A stretch of DNA of 56,848 nt from Acidimicrobiia bacterium. Its GTDB lineage: Bacteria; Actinomycetota; Acidimicrobiia; Acidimicrobiales; CAIXPF01. Location: assembly GCA_009377505.1 (NCBI GenBank), contig WHTX01000001.1, positions 1-56,848 of the forward strand. The letters run 5' to 3'. The notes under the pieces are model-generated. The model had not been told where the DNA came from, ran no database searches, and worked only from the letters and a program-made list of their open reading frames with translations. The stretch's first letter is position 1. Every line of letters starts with the position of its first letter. The position numbers and the translations under genes were made by a program. Of this stretch, positions 1-9,052 are shown piece after piece.

Positions 1-1
1 G

Positions 2-655
2 AAGGACCTCGGCTCCTCGCTGCTGTTCTTCGCCCTGTTCGTCGTGCTCGTCTGGGTGGCGACCGAGCGCAACGCCTACCTGGTGCTCGGCATCGGGCTC
101 TTCGCCGTGGGCGCCACCTTCGCCTACAACTCCTTCGGCCACGTCCGGGACCGCGTCGCCATCTGGACCGACCCCTGGACCGAGGCGAAGAGCACGGGCT
201 ACCAGCTCGTCGAGACCGCCTTCGCCCTGGCCGCGGGGGGCGTGACCGGGACGGGGCCGGGCCTCGGCGAGCCGAACAGGATCCCCGCGGCGGAGACCGA
301 CTTCATCTTCGCCGTGGTTGCCGAAGAGCTCGGCCTCCTCGGGGGCGCCGCCCTGCTCGCCGCTTTCCTGCTCATGGTGGGCAGCGGCCTGCGCATCGCG
401 TTGCGGGCCGAGGTGCCCTTCGACAAGCTGCTGGCCACGGGCCTCACGACGCTGCTCGGCTTCCAGGCCTTCCTCATCATCGGCGGGGTGATCCGCGTCG
501 TGCCCCTCACCGGGGTGACCCTGCCCTTCGTCTCCTTCGGCGGTTCCTCCCTCGTGGCCAACTACGTGCTGCTCGCCCTCCTCGTCCGGATCTCGGACGA
601 CTCCGCCCGCCGGGCGCGCCGCCAGGTTCGGGTGGAGACGGGAGCGGCCCGGTGA
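2..655 (+). CDS. rodA: FtsW/RodA/SpoVE-family cell-wall polymerase, C-terminal part (5' end outside window)
   Basis: Frame is open from the window edge. Multi-TM product carries family-typical 'PAAETDFIFAVVAEELGLLG' and 'TGVTLPFVSFGGSS'. Its stop overlaps the next start (GTGA), in the actinobacterial rodA-pbpA-pknB order. Confidence 0.85.
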   Translation, partial: KDLGSSLLFFALFVVLVWVATERNAYLVLGIGLFAVGATFAYNSFGHVRDRVAIWTDPWTEAKSTGYQLVETAFALAAGGVTGTGPGLGEPNRIPAAETDFIFAVVAEELGLLGGAALLAAFLLMVGSGLRIALRAEVPFDKLLATGLTTLLGFQAFLIIGGVIRVVPLTGVTLPFVSFGGSSLVANYVLLALLVRISDDSARRARRQVRVETGAAR

Positions 656-2166
656 ACCGCAAGATCTCCCTGCTCGGGATGGCCCTCCTCGTCTGCTACC
701 TGCTGCTCTTCGTGCAGCTCAACCGGGTCCAGGTGCTGCAGGCCGGGGACCTGCGCGACCACCCCGAGAACTTCCGCAACATCGAGCGTGACTTCGACCG
801 GCCCCGGGGGCTCGTGCTGTCCTCGGACGGGGTCGTGCTGGCCCGCACGATCTCGACCCCGGGGGGCGCGTTCGAGCGGCTGCGCCAGTACCCCGAGCTC
901 GACCTGTTCGCCCACATCGTCGGCTACCTCTCCCTCGAGTTCGGCGCCGAGGGCGTCGAGCGGGCCTACAACGACCTGCTCGCCGGCCAGACGCCCGAGC
1001 AGCAGTACGCCGAGCTGTCCGACCTGTTCATCGAGCGCGACCGCACCGCGGACATCACCCTCACCCTGCGCCGCGACCTGCAGGACGCGGCCCGCACCGC
1101 CCTCGGGGAGCGCCATGGCTCGGTGGTGCTGCTCGACCCCCGCTCGGGCGGGCTCCTGGCCTCGTGGTCCTGGCCCAGCTACGACCCCAACCCGCTCTCC
1201 AGCCACGACCTCGCCGGCGCCCGGGCCTCTCGCGAAGCCCTCCTCGCCGACCCGCGCCAGCCCCTGCTCGCCCGCTCCTACGCCGAGCGCTTCTTCCCCG
1301 GTTCGTCCTTCAAGGTGGTGACGGGCGGGGTCGGGGTGGACAACGGCCTGGTCACGCCCACGGAGCCCGTCTACCCGAGCTCTTCGGCCTACGTGCCGCC
1401 GGCCACCCAGACGCCCATCGGCAACTTCGGCGGCTCGAGCTGCGGCGGGGCGCTGATCGAGATCCTTCGCGTGTCCTGCAACACGGCGTTCGCCCAGATG
1501 GGGGCGGAGACCATCGGTCCCGAGCTCATGGTCGACGGGGCCGCGGACTTCGGCTTCAACGCCCGCCCGCCCTTCGACCTGCCCGGTGCGGCTGCGTCCA
1601 CGTTCCCCACCGACTACGGCGCGCTGCTCGACGGTCCCGGGGGCCCGGGCTCGGTGTACGAGGACTCGGCCAAGCTGGCCCAGGCCTCCATCGGCCAGAA
1701 CGACGTGCAGGCGTCGCCCCTGGCCATGGCGCTCGTGGCCGCGGCGCTCTCGGGCGACGGCAGCGTGCCCGTTCCCCGGGTGCTGGCCGAGGCCCGCGAC
1801 GCCGAGGGCGAGGTGCTCGAGCAGCCCGGCCGCGAGACGTGGCGCGAGGCGGTGTCGCCCGAGGCGGCGGCCACCATGCGCCAGGCCATGGAGGCCGTGG
1901 TGGCCGACGGCACGGCCCGGGGCCTGCAGACCGAAGGCTGGACGATCGGCGCCAAGACGGGCACGGCCGAGATCAGCTCCGAGCTGGCCGAGGCGAACGC
2001 CTGGGTCGTCGGCTACGGCGGGCCCTCGGGCCAGCCGCCGGTGGTCGCCTTCGCCGTCCTGGTCGAAGCCGACGCGGTGAACGCCGAGCAGACCGGGGGC
2101 AGTGCGGCGGTGCCCGTGGCCAAGGAACTGCTCGACGTGCTGCGCGGCGTCACCGGCGGCGCCTGA
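652..2166 (+). CDS. pbpA: class B penicillin-binding protein / transpeptidase (PbpA type)
   Basis: N-terminal TM anchor. SxxK motif 'SSFK', 'SCN' and 'KTGTAE' motifs are in the order expected for a PBP transpeptidase. Synteny between rodA and pknB supports the call. Confidence 0.85.
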   Translation: MNRKISLLGMALLVCYLLLFVQLNRVQVLQAGDLRDHPENFRNIERDFDRPRGLVLSSDGVVLARTISTPGGAFERLRQYPELDLFAHIVGYLSLEFGAEGVERAYNDLLAGQTPEQQYAELSDLFIERDRTADITLTLRRDLQDAARTALGERHGSVVLLDPRSGGLLASWSWPSYDPNPLSSHDLAGARASREALLADPRQPLLARSYAERFFPGSSFKVVTGGVGVDNGLVTPTEPVYPSSSAYVPPATQTPIGNFGGSSCGGALIEILRVSCNTAFAQMGAETIGPELMVDGAADFGFNARPPFDLPGAAASTFPTDYGALLDGPGGPGSVYEDSAKLAQASIGQNDVQASPLAMALVAAALSGDGSVPVPRVLAEARDAEGEVLEQPGRETWREAVSPEAAATMRQAMEAVVADGTARGLQTEGWTIGAKTGTAEISSELAEANAWVVGYGGPSGQPPVVAFAVLVEADAVNAEQTGGSAAVPVAKELLDVLRGVTGGA

Positions 2167-2224
2167 GCGGCACCGAAGGGTGCGAACAGGAACGACGCGA
2201 CGGGTTCACTAGTGTTGGCCCGTC

Positions 2225-4237
2225 ATGGCCGATCGCGAACCCGTCGTCCTCAACGGGCGCTACGAGCTGCACAGCCGCATCGCCCGCGGGGGGATGGCCG
2301 AGGTGTTCCTCGCCCGTGACCAGCTCCTCGACCGCCAGGTGGCGGTCAAGGTGCTCTTCTCGGAGTACGCAGCCGACCCGGCGTTCGTGGAGCGCTTCCG
2401 GCGCGAGGCCCAGTCGGCGGCGAACCTGAACCACCAGAACATCGTCGGCGTCTACGACTGGGGCGCCTTCGAAGGCACCTACTTCATCGTCATGGAGTAC
2501 GTGCGGGGCCGCAGCCTGGCCGACATCCTGCGGGCGGAGGGGCGCCTCCACCCCGACCGGGCCGCGGACATCGCCGCCGACATCGCCGCCGCCCTGTACT
2601 TCGCCCACCGCAACGGCGTGGTGCACCGAGACATCAAGCCCGGCAACGTGCTCATCACCACCCAGGGCCAGGTCAAGGTGACCGACTTCGGCATCGCCCG
2701 GGCGGTGGGCGGGGGCAACACCGACAACCTCACCCAGACCGGCTCGGTCATGGGCACGGCCACCTACTTCTCGCCCGAGCAGGCCCAGGGCCACCCCGTA
2801 GACCCCCGCAGCGACCTCTACGCCCTCGGCGTCGTGCTCTACGAGATGCTCGTCGGCCGCCCTCCCTTCTCCGGGGACACCCCCGTCGCCATCGCCTACC
2901 AGCACGTGCAGAAGGCGCCGACCCCGCCCCGCCAGCTCGACCCGGCGCTGCCCGCCGCCCTCGAGGCCGTCACCCTCAAGCTGCTGGCCAAGAACCCGGA
3001 CAACCGCTATCCCACGGCCGAGGCGGTGCGGGCCGACCTACGCCGGTTCCGCACGGGCCAGCCGGTCATGGCCGAGTCGGTGCTGGCCGCGCCGGCCGTT
3101 GTGCCCATGGGCGCCGGGCAGGGGGGCGACGCCACCACGGTGCTCGCCACCACCCGCGCCCAGCCCCGCACCGGCGGCGACGAGACGGCCGTCGTCCCCC
3201 CGCTGTACGAGGGCGCGCCCGTCTACGAGCCGCCGCGCAAGCACACCGGCGTGTTCATCGCCGTGGTCGTGGCGCTGCTCGCCGCGCTGGTGGTGCTGCT
3301 GGTGCTCTTCGCCCGTGAGGTCATCGGCAGCAACGGCAACGAGGCCGACATCTCCGTGCCCAGCCTGGTGGGCCGGTCCCGCCAGGACGCCGAGGCGCAG
3401 CTCGAGAACCTGCGCCTGCGCCCCGAGGTCACCCTCGGGCCCAACGAGACCGTCGAGCCCGGCCAGGTCTTCGCCCAGGAGCCGGCCCAAGGCGCGTTCC
3501 TCGCCGAGGGGGACACGGTGCGGTTGCAGGTGCGCGAGGCCCCCCAGACCCTCACGGTGCCCGGCGTCGTCGGCGAGGAGGAGGCAGCCGCCGTGTCGGC
3601 CGTACGGGCCGCGGGCCTCCAGCCCCAGGTGCAGCGCCAGCCCGAGACCGACCCGAACCGGCAGGGCGTGGTGCTCTCCCAGGAGCCGGTGGCGAACGCG
3701 TCCGTGCCCAAGGACACCCCCATCGTGCTCACCGTGGGGACGGCGCCCGACGAGATCGACCTGCCCGTCGTCACCGGCCAGAGCCCCGAGGCGGCCACCG
3801 AGGCCCTCGTCGCCGCGGGCGTGGGCCGCAGCTCGATCAGCCGCGTCGACCAGGCGGACGCGAGCGTCGGCGCCGGCCTGGTCATCGGCACGAGCCCCAG
3901 CGGGCGGGTACCGGCGGGCGAAGCAGTGCAGCTGCTGGTGTCCACGGGGCCGGAGATGGTGGCGGTGCCCGACGTGGTCAACCTGGCCCAGGCCAATGCC
4001 GAGCAGCTCGTGATCCAGGCCGGCCTGGTGCCGCGCACCACCAGCCGCGAGCTGCGCCCCGGCGAGTCGGGCGCGGGCAACGTCATCGACCAGGACCCCG
4101 ACCACGGCACCGAGGTGGCCGCCGGCTCCACCGTCAACCTGGTGGTCGGCGTCCCCAGAACGACTACCACCTCGACCACCAGGGCCTCCTCGACCACGTC
4201 GACGACCTCCCGTGGCGGGGGCAACGACGACGGCTGA
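2225..4237 (+). CDS. pknB: Ser/Thr protein kinase with TM segment and repeated C-terminal PASTA-like modules
   Basis: Hanks kinase motifs 'HRDIKPGNVL', 'DFGIA' and 'SPEQ'. Central TM 'VFIAVVVALLAALVVLLVLF'. Then several roughly 65-aa repeats of the PASTA pattern ('VP.LVG......A...L...GL'). Confidence 0.9.
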   Translation: MADREPVVLNGRYELHSRIARGGMAEVFLARDQLLDRQVAVKVLFSEYAADPAFVERFRREAQSAANLNHQNIVGVYDWGAFEGTYFIVMEYVRGRSLADILRAEGRLHPDRAADIAADIAAALYFAHRNGVVHRDIKPGNVLITTQGQVKVTDFGIARAVGGGNTDNLTQTGSVMGTATYFSPEQAQGHPVDPRSDLYALGVVLYEMLVGRPPFSGDTPVAIAYQHVQKAPTPPRQLDPALPAALEAVTLKLLAKNPDNRYPTAEAVRADLRRFRTGQPVMAESVLAAPAVVPMGAGQGGDATTVLATTRAQPRTGGDETAVVPPLYEGAPVYEPPRKHTGVFIAVVVALLAALVVLLVLFAREVIGSNGNEADISVPSLVGRSRQDAEAQLENLRLRPEVTLGPNETVEPGQVFAQEPAQGAFLAEGDTVRLQVREAPQTLTVPGVVGEEEAAAVSAVRAAGLQPQVQRQPETDPNRQGVVLSQEPVANASVPKDTPIVLTVGTAPDEIDLPVVTGQSPEAATEALVAAGVGRSSISRVDQADASVGAGLVIGTSPSGRVPAGEAVQLLVSTGPEMVAVPDVVNLAQANAEQLVIQAGLVPRTTSRELRPGESGAGNVIDQDPDHGTEVAAGSTVNLVVGVPRTTTTSTTRASSTTSTTSRGGGNDDG

Positions 4238-4273
4238 GCCTGGGCGCGACCTGCGCCGGTAGCCTCCACGCTC

Positions 4274-4618
4274 ATGGCCAAGCCTGTGAAGCGCAAGGTG
4301 CCCGGTGTGGCGGGCAGCGGCGGGCGCGTGACGCCCAAGGCCGGCGGCCACCGTGGCGCTCGCGCCGGCTCCGGCGCGACGCATGCCCGGCCCTCCGCGA
4401 GCGCCCGCTACACCCCGCCTACGCCTGCCCGGTTGAGGATGGGCCAAGGCGGCCGGCTCGTGCCCATCGCCATGTTGAGCGTGCTGAGCGTGGGCGTGCT
4501 CATGATCATCATCAACTACATGAGCGTGCTGCTGCCCGGGGCGCCGAGCAACTGGTACATCGTCGGCGGCCTCGGCCTCATCCTCGCCGGCATCCTCATC
4601 GCCACGCAGTGGCAATAA
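4274..4618 (+). CDS. crgA: small two-TM cell-division membrane protein, CrgA-like
   Basis: 114 aa with a basic N-terminus ('RYTPPTP') followed by two TM helices. Position next to pknB matches crgA synteny in Actinobacteria. Confidence 0.65.
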   Translation: MAKPVKRKVPGVAGSGGRVTPKAGGHRGARAGSGATHARPSASARYTPPTPARLRMGQGGRLVPIAMLSVLSVGVLMIIINYMSVLLPGAPSNWYIVGGLGLILAGILIATQWQ

Positions 4619-4621
4619 GCA

Positions 4622-4649
4622 CGCAGCGTGGCGAAACGGTTGCGCTGCG
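4622..4649 (+). terminator. stem-loop just after the crgA stop
   Basis: CGCAGCG (4622-4628) pairs with CGCTGCG (4643-4649) around a 14-nt loop. No U-tract. Confidence 0.3.
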
Positions 4650-4698
4650 ATGACCTGACGGTGTCCAATGAGTTACACGGGCGTGATTCTCCACAAAT

Positions 4699-4719
4699 TC
4701 ATCCACAGGCTGTGGATGA
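4699..4719. promoter_or_regulatory. perfect 10+1+10 palindrome TCATCCACAG-G-CTGTGGATGA with DnaA-box-like half sites
   Basis: Read directly, between convergent genes in a locally AT-richer spacer. A third related 9-mer, TTCTCCACA, lies at 4687-4695. Function unknown (bidirectional terminator or protein-binding site). Confidence 0.4.
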
Positions 4720-4722
4720 CGC

Positions 4723-5043
4723 TCACTCCATGATCGGGGCGACGAGGACCATGTCCTCGAGGCAGTGCCGGGGCGGTTCCGGCACCTCGTCGTTGGCCGC
4801 GACCATGCGCACCTCGGTCCCGCAGATCGTGCAGCGGAACTGGATGCGCACCTTGCGGAGCTCGCCAGCGGGCGGGGGAGGGGGCACGGGCCGGGCGAAG
4901 CTGCCGAGGACGGCCATGCCCATACGCAGCAGCAGGTAGCAGGCGCCCAACGCCACGACGACCCGGACGACCGACTGGTCGAAGGCGACGACGAGCGCCA
5001 CCCCGACCAGGACGAGTACCCCGAGGACGATGCGCCTCGTCAC
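4723..5043 (-). CDS. hypothetical membrane protein with C-terminal CxxC...HC segment
   Basis: 106-aa ORF with G/C-rich third codon positions. Two N-terminal hydrophobic helices, a Pro-rich linker, then 'FRCTICGTEV...RHC'. Confidence 0.5.
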   Translation of the reverse strand: MTRRIVLGVLVLVGVALVVAFDQSVVRVVVALGACYLLLRMGMAVLGSFARPVPPPPPAGELRKVRIQFRCTICGTEVRMVAANDEVPEPPRHCLEDMVLVAPIME

Positions 5044-5059
5044 GGCTCGGCCCGGCCCG

Positions 5060-6253
5060 TCAGCCGAGGCGCTCGATGATGGTGGCGTTGGCCAGGCCGC
5101 CGCCCTCGCACATCGTCTGCAGGCCGTAGCGCCCGCCGGTGCGCTCGAGCTCGTTGACCAGCGTGGCCAGCAGCTTGGTACCCGAGCAGCCGAGGGGGTG
5201 GCCGAGGGCGATCGCCCCGCCGTTCACGTTCACCTTGCTCATGTCCGGGCGGAGCTCCTTCTCCCAGGCCAGCACGACCGAGGCGAAGGCCTCGTTGATC
5301 TCGACGAGGTCCATGTCCCCGATCTGCAGCCCAGCCCTGGCCAGCACCTTCTCGGTGGCGGGGATGGGGCCGGTCAGCATGGTGACCGGGTCGACCCCGG
5401 CGATGGAGAAGGCGTGGAAGCGGGCGCGAGGGGTGTAGCCGAGCTCGGCGGCCTTGGCCTCGCTCATGATGAGCGCCGCCGAGGCCCCGTCGGTGATCTG
5501 GGAGGAGTTGCCGGCCGTGACCCGGCCGTCGGGGCGGAAGGCGGCCTTGAGGCCGGCCAGCACCTCGAGACTGGTCTCGCGGATGCCCTCGTCGGCGGTG
5601 ACGGGCTGGCCCGTGTCGATCAGACGGCCAGACTCCTTGTCCCGGCGCAGCTCCCTCACGGGGATGATCTCCCCGTCGAAGCGGCCCTCGTCGCGGGCCT
5701 TGGCCGCGAGCTGCTGGGAGCGCAGGCCGAAAGCGTCGAGGTCCTCGCGTGACAGGGCCCACTTGTCGGCGATGAGCTCGGCGGAGATGCCCTGGGGCAC
5801 GAGCCCGCCACGGTCCTCGTAGCGCTTGCCCACGAGGGGGCCGAAGGGCAGGCCGAACTCGCCGCTGCCGACGGAGGCGCCCATGGGCACGAGGGACATG
5901 ACCTCCACCCCAGCCGCCACGACCACGTCGTACGCCCCGGCGATCACGCCCTGGGCGGCGAAGTGGGCGGCCTGCTGGGACGAGCCGCACTGGCGGTCGA
6001 CGGTGGTGGCCGGCACCTCCTCGGGCCAGCCGGCGGCGAGGACGGCGTTGCGCCCGATGTTGACGGCCTGGGCGCCGGCCTGCATCACGCAGCCCATGAT
6101 CACGTCCTAGACGAGGGCCGGGTCGAGGTCGTTGCGCTGTTGGAGCGCCCGGAGCGTCTCGGCGGCGAGGTCGGCCGGGTGCCAGCCCGACAGCCTGCCG
6201 TTCCGCTTGCCGCCCGCTGTGCGGACGACGTCGACGATGACCGCGCTACCCAT
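5060..6253 (-). pseudogene. acetyl-CoA C-acyltransferase (thiolase) interrupted by one in-frame TAG at 6104-6106
   Basis: ORFs 5060-6103 and 6107-6445 are in the same frame, separated only by TAG. Joined they read 'MGSAVIVDVVRTAGGKRNG...DPALV*DVIMGCVMQAG...RQCGSSQQA...' to 'GLANATIIERLG'. ATG at 6251-6253 follows GGAGGAA. Confidence 0.8.
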
Positions 6254-6314
6254 GGTCAGTTCCTCCGTGTCGCGTGCCGCCAGATTAGTAAGTTGCGTTA
6301 TGCAATGCTGTGTA

Positions 6315-6335
6315 GCCCACCGTTCAAAGGTGGGC
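6315..6335 (-). terminator. stem-loop downstream of the CoxL-like gene
   Basis: GCCCACC-gttcaaa-GGTGGGC, a 7-bp stem in the AT-richer spacer 6254-6460. No U-tract. Confidence 0.3.
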
Positions 6336-6460
6336 ACGAGCCGCGCGGTCCCGCTCTCAACGAAACCCGGCCGCGGTTCTTCCGACCCATGGCCGCTCGA
6401 TTCGGCTAAGGCGGACCAGCGCGCTGTTGCCTTTGCACCAGCCACAAGGGCGCCAGGGGT

Positions 6461-8734
6461 TCACCGGGCCACCCCCTGGACAGCGGCCCAGACCCGCTCG
6501 GGGGTGCAGGGCATGTCGACGTGGCGCACGCCGAGGTGGGCGAGGGCGTCGATCACGGCGTTCTGCACGGCGGGCGTGGCCCCGATGGTGCCCGACTCGC
6601 CGATGCCCTTGGCGCCCAGGGGGTTGATGGGCGTCGGCGTCTCCATCGGCACCCGCTCGAAGCTCGGCACGTCAGCGGCGGACAACACGTAGTAGTCGAT
6701 GAAGTTGGCGGTGAGGGGGTTGCCGTCCTCGTCGTAGCGGAACTCTTCCTGGAGGGCCTGAGCCGCGCCCTGCGCCAGGCCGCCGTGGACCTGGCCCTCC
6801 ACGAGCATCGGGTTGAGGATGACCCCGGCGTCGTCCACGGCCACGTGGCGCAGGATCTTGGTCTTGCCCGTATCGAGGTCGACCTCCACCACGCAGACGT
6901 GGGCGCCGAAGGGGAAGGTGGGCTGGGCGGCGGAGAACTCCGAGAGCGCGGCGAGCGGGTTGTCCTGCACGCCCTCGGCGAGGTCCTCCCAGCTGAGCGC
7001 GCGGGTCGGTACGCCGGCCACGTGGAAGCGCCCGGCCGCGGCGTCGAGCACGACGTCGTCGAAGCTCGCCTCGAGCACGTTGGCGGCCCGCCGGCGGGCC
7101 TGCTCGACGAGGCGCAGGGCGGCGTCGTTGACCGAGGCGCCGGCGATCTGGAGCGAGCGTGACCCACCGGTGCTGCCGCCCTGGGGCACCAGGTCGGTGT
7201 CGCCGTGGAACACCTCGATGCGCTCGAGGGGCACCCCGGTGCGCTCCGAGACGAGCATGGCCCACGAGGTGTGGTGGCCCTGCCCGAAGGGGGAGGAGCC
7301 CGTGCGCACGTAGAGCGTGCCGTCGGGGCGCAGGTCCACCGAGCCGTACTCGCCGCCCCCGCCGTACGCGGTGATCTCCACGTAGACGGCCATGCCGATG
7401 CCGATCGCCAGGTGGTCGCGCTCCTGGCGGCGGCGCTGCTGGAGGTCGCGCAGCTCTGCGTAGCCGGCCTCGTGCAGGGCGAGCTCGAGGGCGGCGGCGT
7501 AGTCGCCCGAGTCGTAGGGCGTGCCCACGATCGTCTTGATGGGCTCGTCGAAGCGCCCGTAGAAGTTGCGCCGGCGGACGACGGCCGGGTCGAGCCCGGC
7601 CTCGGCGGCGAAGAGGTCGATGGCCCGCTCGATGGCCGCTGTGGCCTCGGGCCGTCCCGCGCCCCGGTAGGAGACCACGGGCGTCGTGTTCGTGGCCACG
7701 GACCTGGAGGTGAAGGAGGCCCTGGGGATGTCGTAGACACCCGTCAGCATGGTGCTCGTCATGGCCGGCAGCACCGCCCCCACGGCGGGGTAGGCGCCAG
7801 CGTCCTGGATGACGTCGAGGCGGTAGGCGAGCACGTCGCCCTGGCGCGTGCCGCCGATCGTGACGGTCTGGGTCTGTGCCCGACCGTGCCCGAGGCCCAC
7901 CATGTTGGCCGAGCGGGTCTCGGTCCAGCGCACGGGGCGGCCGACGAGGGCGGACAGCGCCGGCAGCATCACTTCCTCGGCGTAGCTGCCCATCTTGGTC
8001 CCGAAGCTGCCGCCGACGTCCCGGCTGATGACGCGGACCTCGTCCTGCTCGAGGCCGTAGGCCCGGGCGAGCGCGTCGCGCACCGGGTGCGCCCCCTGGC
8101 AGGAAGCCCACTGCACGATGCGCGAGCCGGGCCCGTCGGACCAGTTGGCGAGGGCAGTGCGCCCCTCGATGGGCGCGGGGGCCACGCGCTGGTTGACGAG
8201 GCGCGAGGACACGACCACGTCGCAGTCGCCGAAGTCGGCCGGCTCTCCCTTGGTGCGCAGGGCCAGCACCAGGTTCGTGCCCGCCTCGGGGTAGGCCAGG
8301 CCGTCGTCGCGCGCCGCCGCCTCGGGATCGACCACCGGGGGCAGCGGCTCGTAGTCCACGACGACGAGGTCGGCGGCGTCGGGGCCCTGGTATGGGTGCT
8401 CGGTGACCACGGCGGCCACGGGCTCGCCCACGTAGCGCACCTCGTCGCGAGCGAGGTAGGGCCGGCGCATCTCCTTGTTGAAGGCGGGGTTGGGCGCCGG
8501 CTGCCATTCCAGCCCGAAGGTCTCGAGGTCGGCGGCGACGTAGACGCCGAGCACGCCGGGTGCCCCGCGGGCGTCGGCCAGGTCGAGGCCGGTGACCCGG
8601 GCGTGAGCCACGGGCGAGGTGACGTAGGTGACGTGCGCCAGCCCCTCGGGCTGGAGGTTGTCGACGTAGCTCCCACTACCCGTGAGCAGGTCGGGGTCCT
8701 CCCGCCGCAGGACCCGGGTGCCGAGGATGCTCAT
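6461..8734 (-). CDS. molybdopterin-dependent hydroxylase large subunit (xanthine dehydrogenase / form-II CoxL-like)
   Basis: 757 aa. N-terminus 'ILGTRVLRREDPDLLTGSGSYVDNL' is typical of the family. Active-site loop reads 'VVSYRGAGRPE' (the AYRGAGR form-II type, not AYRCSFR). GGGAGG lies before the ATG. Confidence 0.85.
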   Translation of the reverse strand: MSILGTRVLRREDPDLLTGSGSYVDNLQPEGLAHVTYVTSPVAHARVTGLDLADARGAPGVLGVYVAADLETFGLEWQPAPNPAFNKEMRRPYLARDEVRYVGEPVAAVVTEHPYQGPDAADLVVVDYEPLPPVVDPEAAARDDGLAYPEAGTNLVLALRTKGEPADFGDCDVVVSSRLVNQRVAPAPIEGRTALANWSDGPGSRIVQWASCQGAHPVRDALARAYGLEQDEVRVISRDVGGSFGTKMGSYAEEVMLPALSALVGRPVRWTETRSANMVGLGHGRAQTQTVTIGGTRQGDVLAYRLDVIQDAGAYPAVGAVLPAMTSTMLTGVYDIPRASFTSRSVATNTTPVVSYRGAGRPEATAAIERAIDLFAAEAGLDPAVVRRRNFYGRFDEPIKTIVGTPYDSGDYAAALELALHEAGYAELRDLQQRRRQERDHLAIGIGMAVYVEITAYGGGGEYGSVDLRPDGTLYVRTGSSPFGQGHHTSWAMLVSERTGVPLERIEVFHGDTDLVPQGGSTGGSRSLQIAGASVNDAALRLVEQARRRAANVLEASFDDVVLDAAAGRFHVAGVPTRALSWEDLAEGVQDNPLAALSEFSAAQPTFPFGAHVCVVEVDLDTGKTKILRHVAVDDAGVILNPMLVEGQVHGGLAQGAAQALQEEFRYDEDGNPLTANFIDYYVLSAADVPSFERVPMETPTPINPLGAKGIGESGTIGATPAVQNAVIDALAHLGVRHVDMPCTPERVWAAVQGVAR

Positions 8735-8920
8735 GCGCGCACGCTAGCGGTGCCTCCCTTCCGCCCCGTACGGGCCCACCCCGCCAGCCACCTCGGGGGC
8801 CTCGCGGAGCCGGCCGACGGGCGGGCGCCGGCGCCGCCGTTCTGGCGAAGGAGGGCGGCCCTGAGCGATCATGGTCGGTGCTCCCCCCAGGTGGGCCGCT
8901 GTTGACACTCTGACACCACG

Positions 8921-8950
8921 TTGACAGCGTGTTGGTAGGGCGAATACCTT
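8921..8950 (+). promoter_or_regulatory. candidate sigma70-type promoter for the liv-like operon
   Basis: TTGACA (8921-8926), an 18-nt spacer, then TACCTT (8945-8950). A second GTTGACA lies 19 bp upstream (8901-8907). Confidence 0.25.
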
Positions 8951-9052
8951 GTGGCTCGCAGTTGTGGCGCCCGTCACATATCAGGGGCGGGCACCGGCGT
9001 TCGGGACGGCAGGAGCCGTCCCCCGGGAGAGGCGAGGGGGTTCGGGAGAGAC

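Noticed and set aside
4687-4719. Chromosomal replication origin (oriC).
   Set aside because: Only three box-like 9-mers are present. There is no dnaA/dnaN, no AT-rich unwinding element and no larger box cluster. The element sits between convergent genes, where a terminator hairpin is the simpler reading. It is kept only as a low-interest finding.
6104-6106. TAG recoding (pyrrolysine or a reassigned stop) in the thiolase.
   Set aside because: TAG is used as an ordinary terminator elsewhere in the window (for example 37819-37821 on the minus strand and 42125-42127). No pyl-type genes are visible, and the position normally holds Asp/Glu. A nonsense mutation or sequencing error is far more likely.
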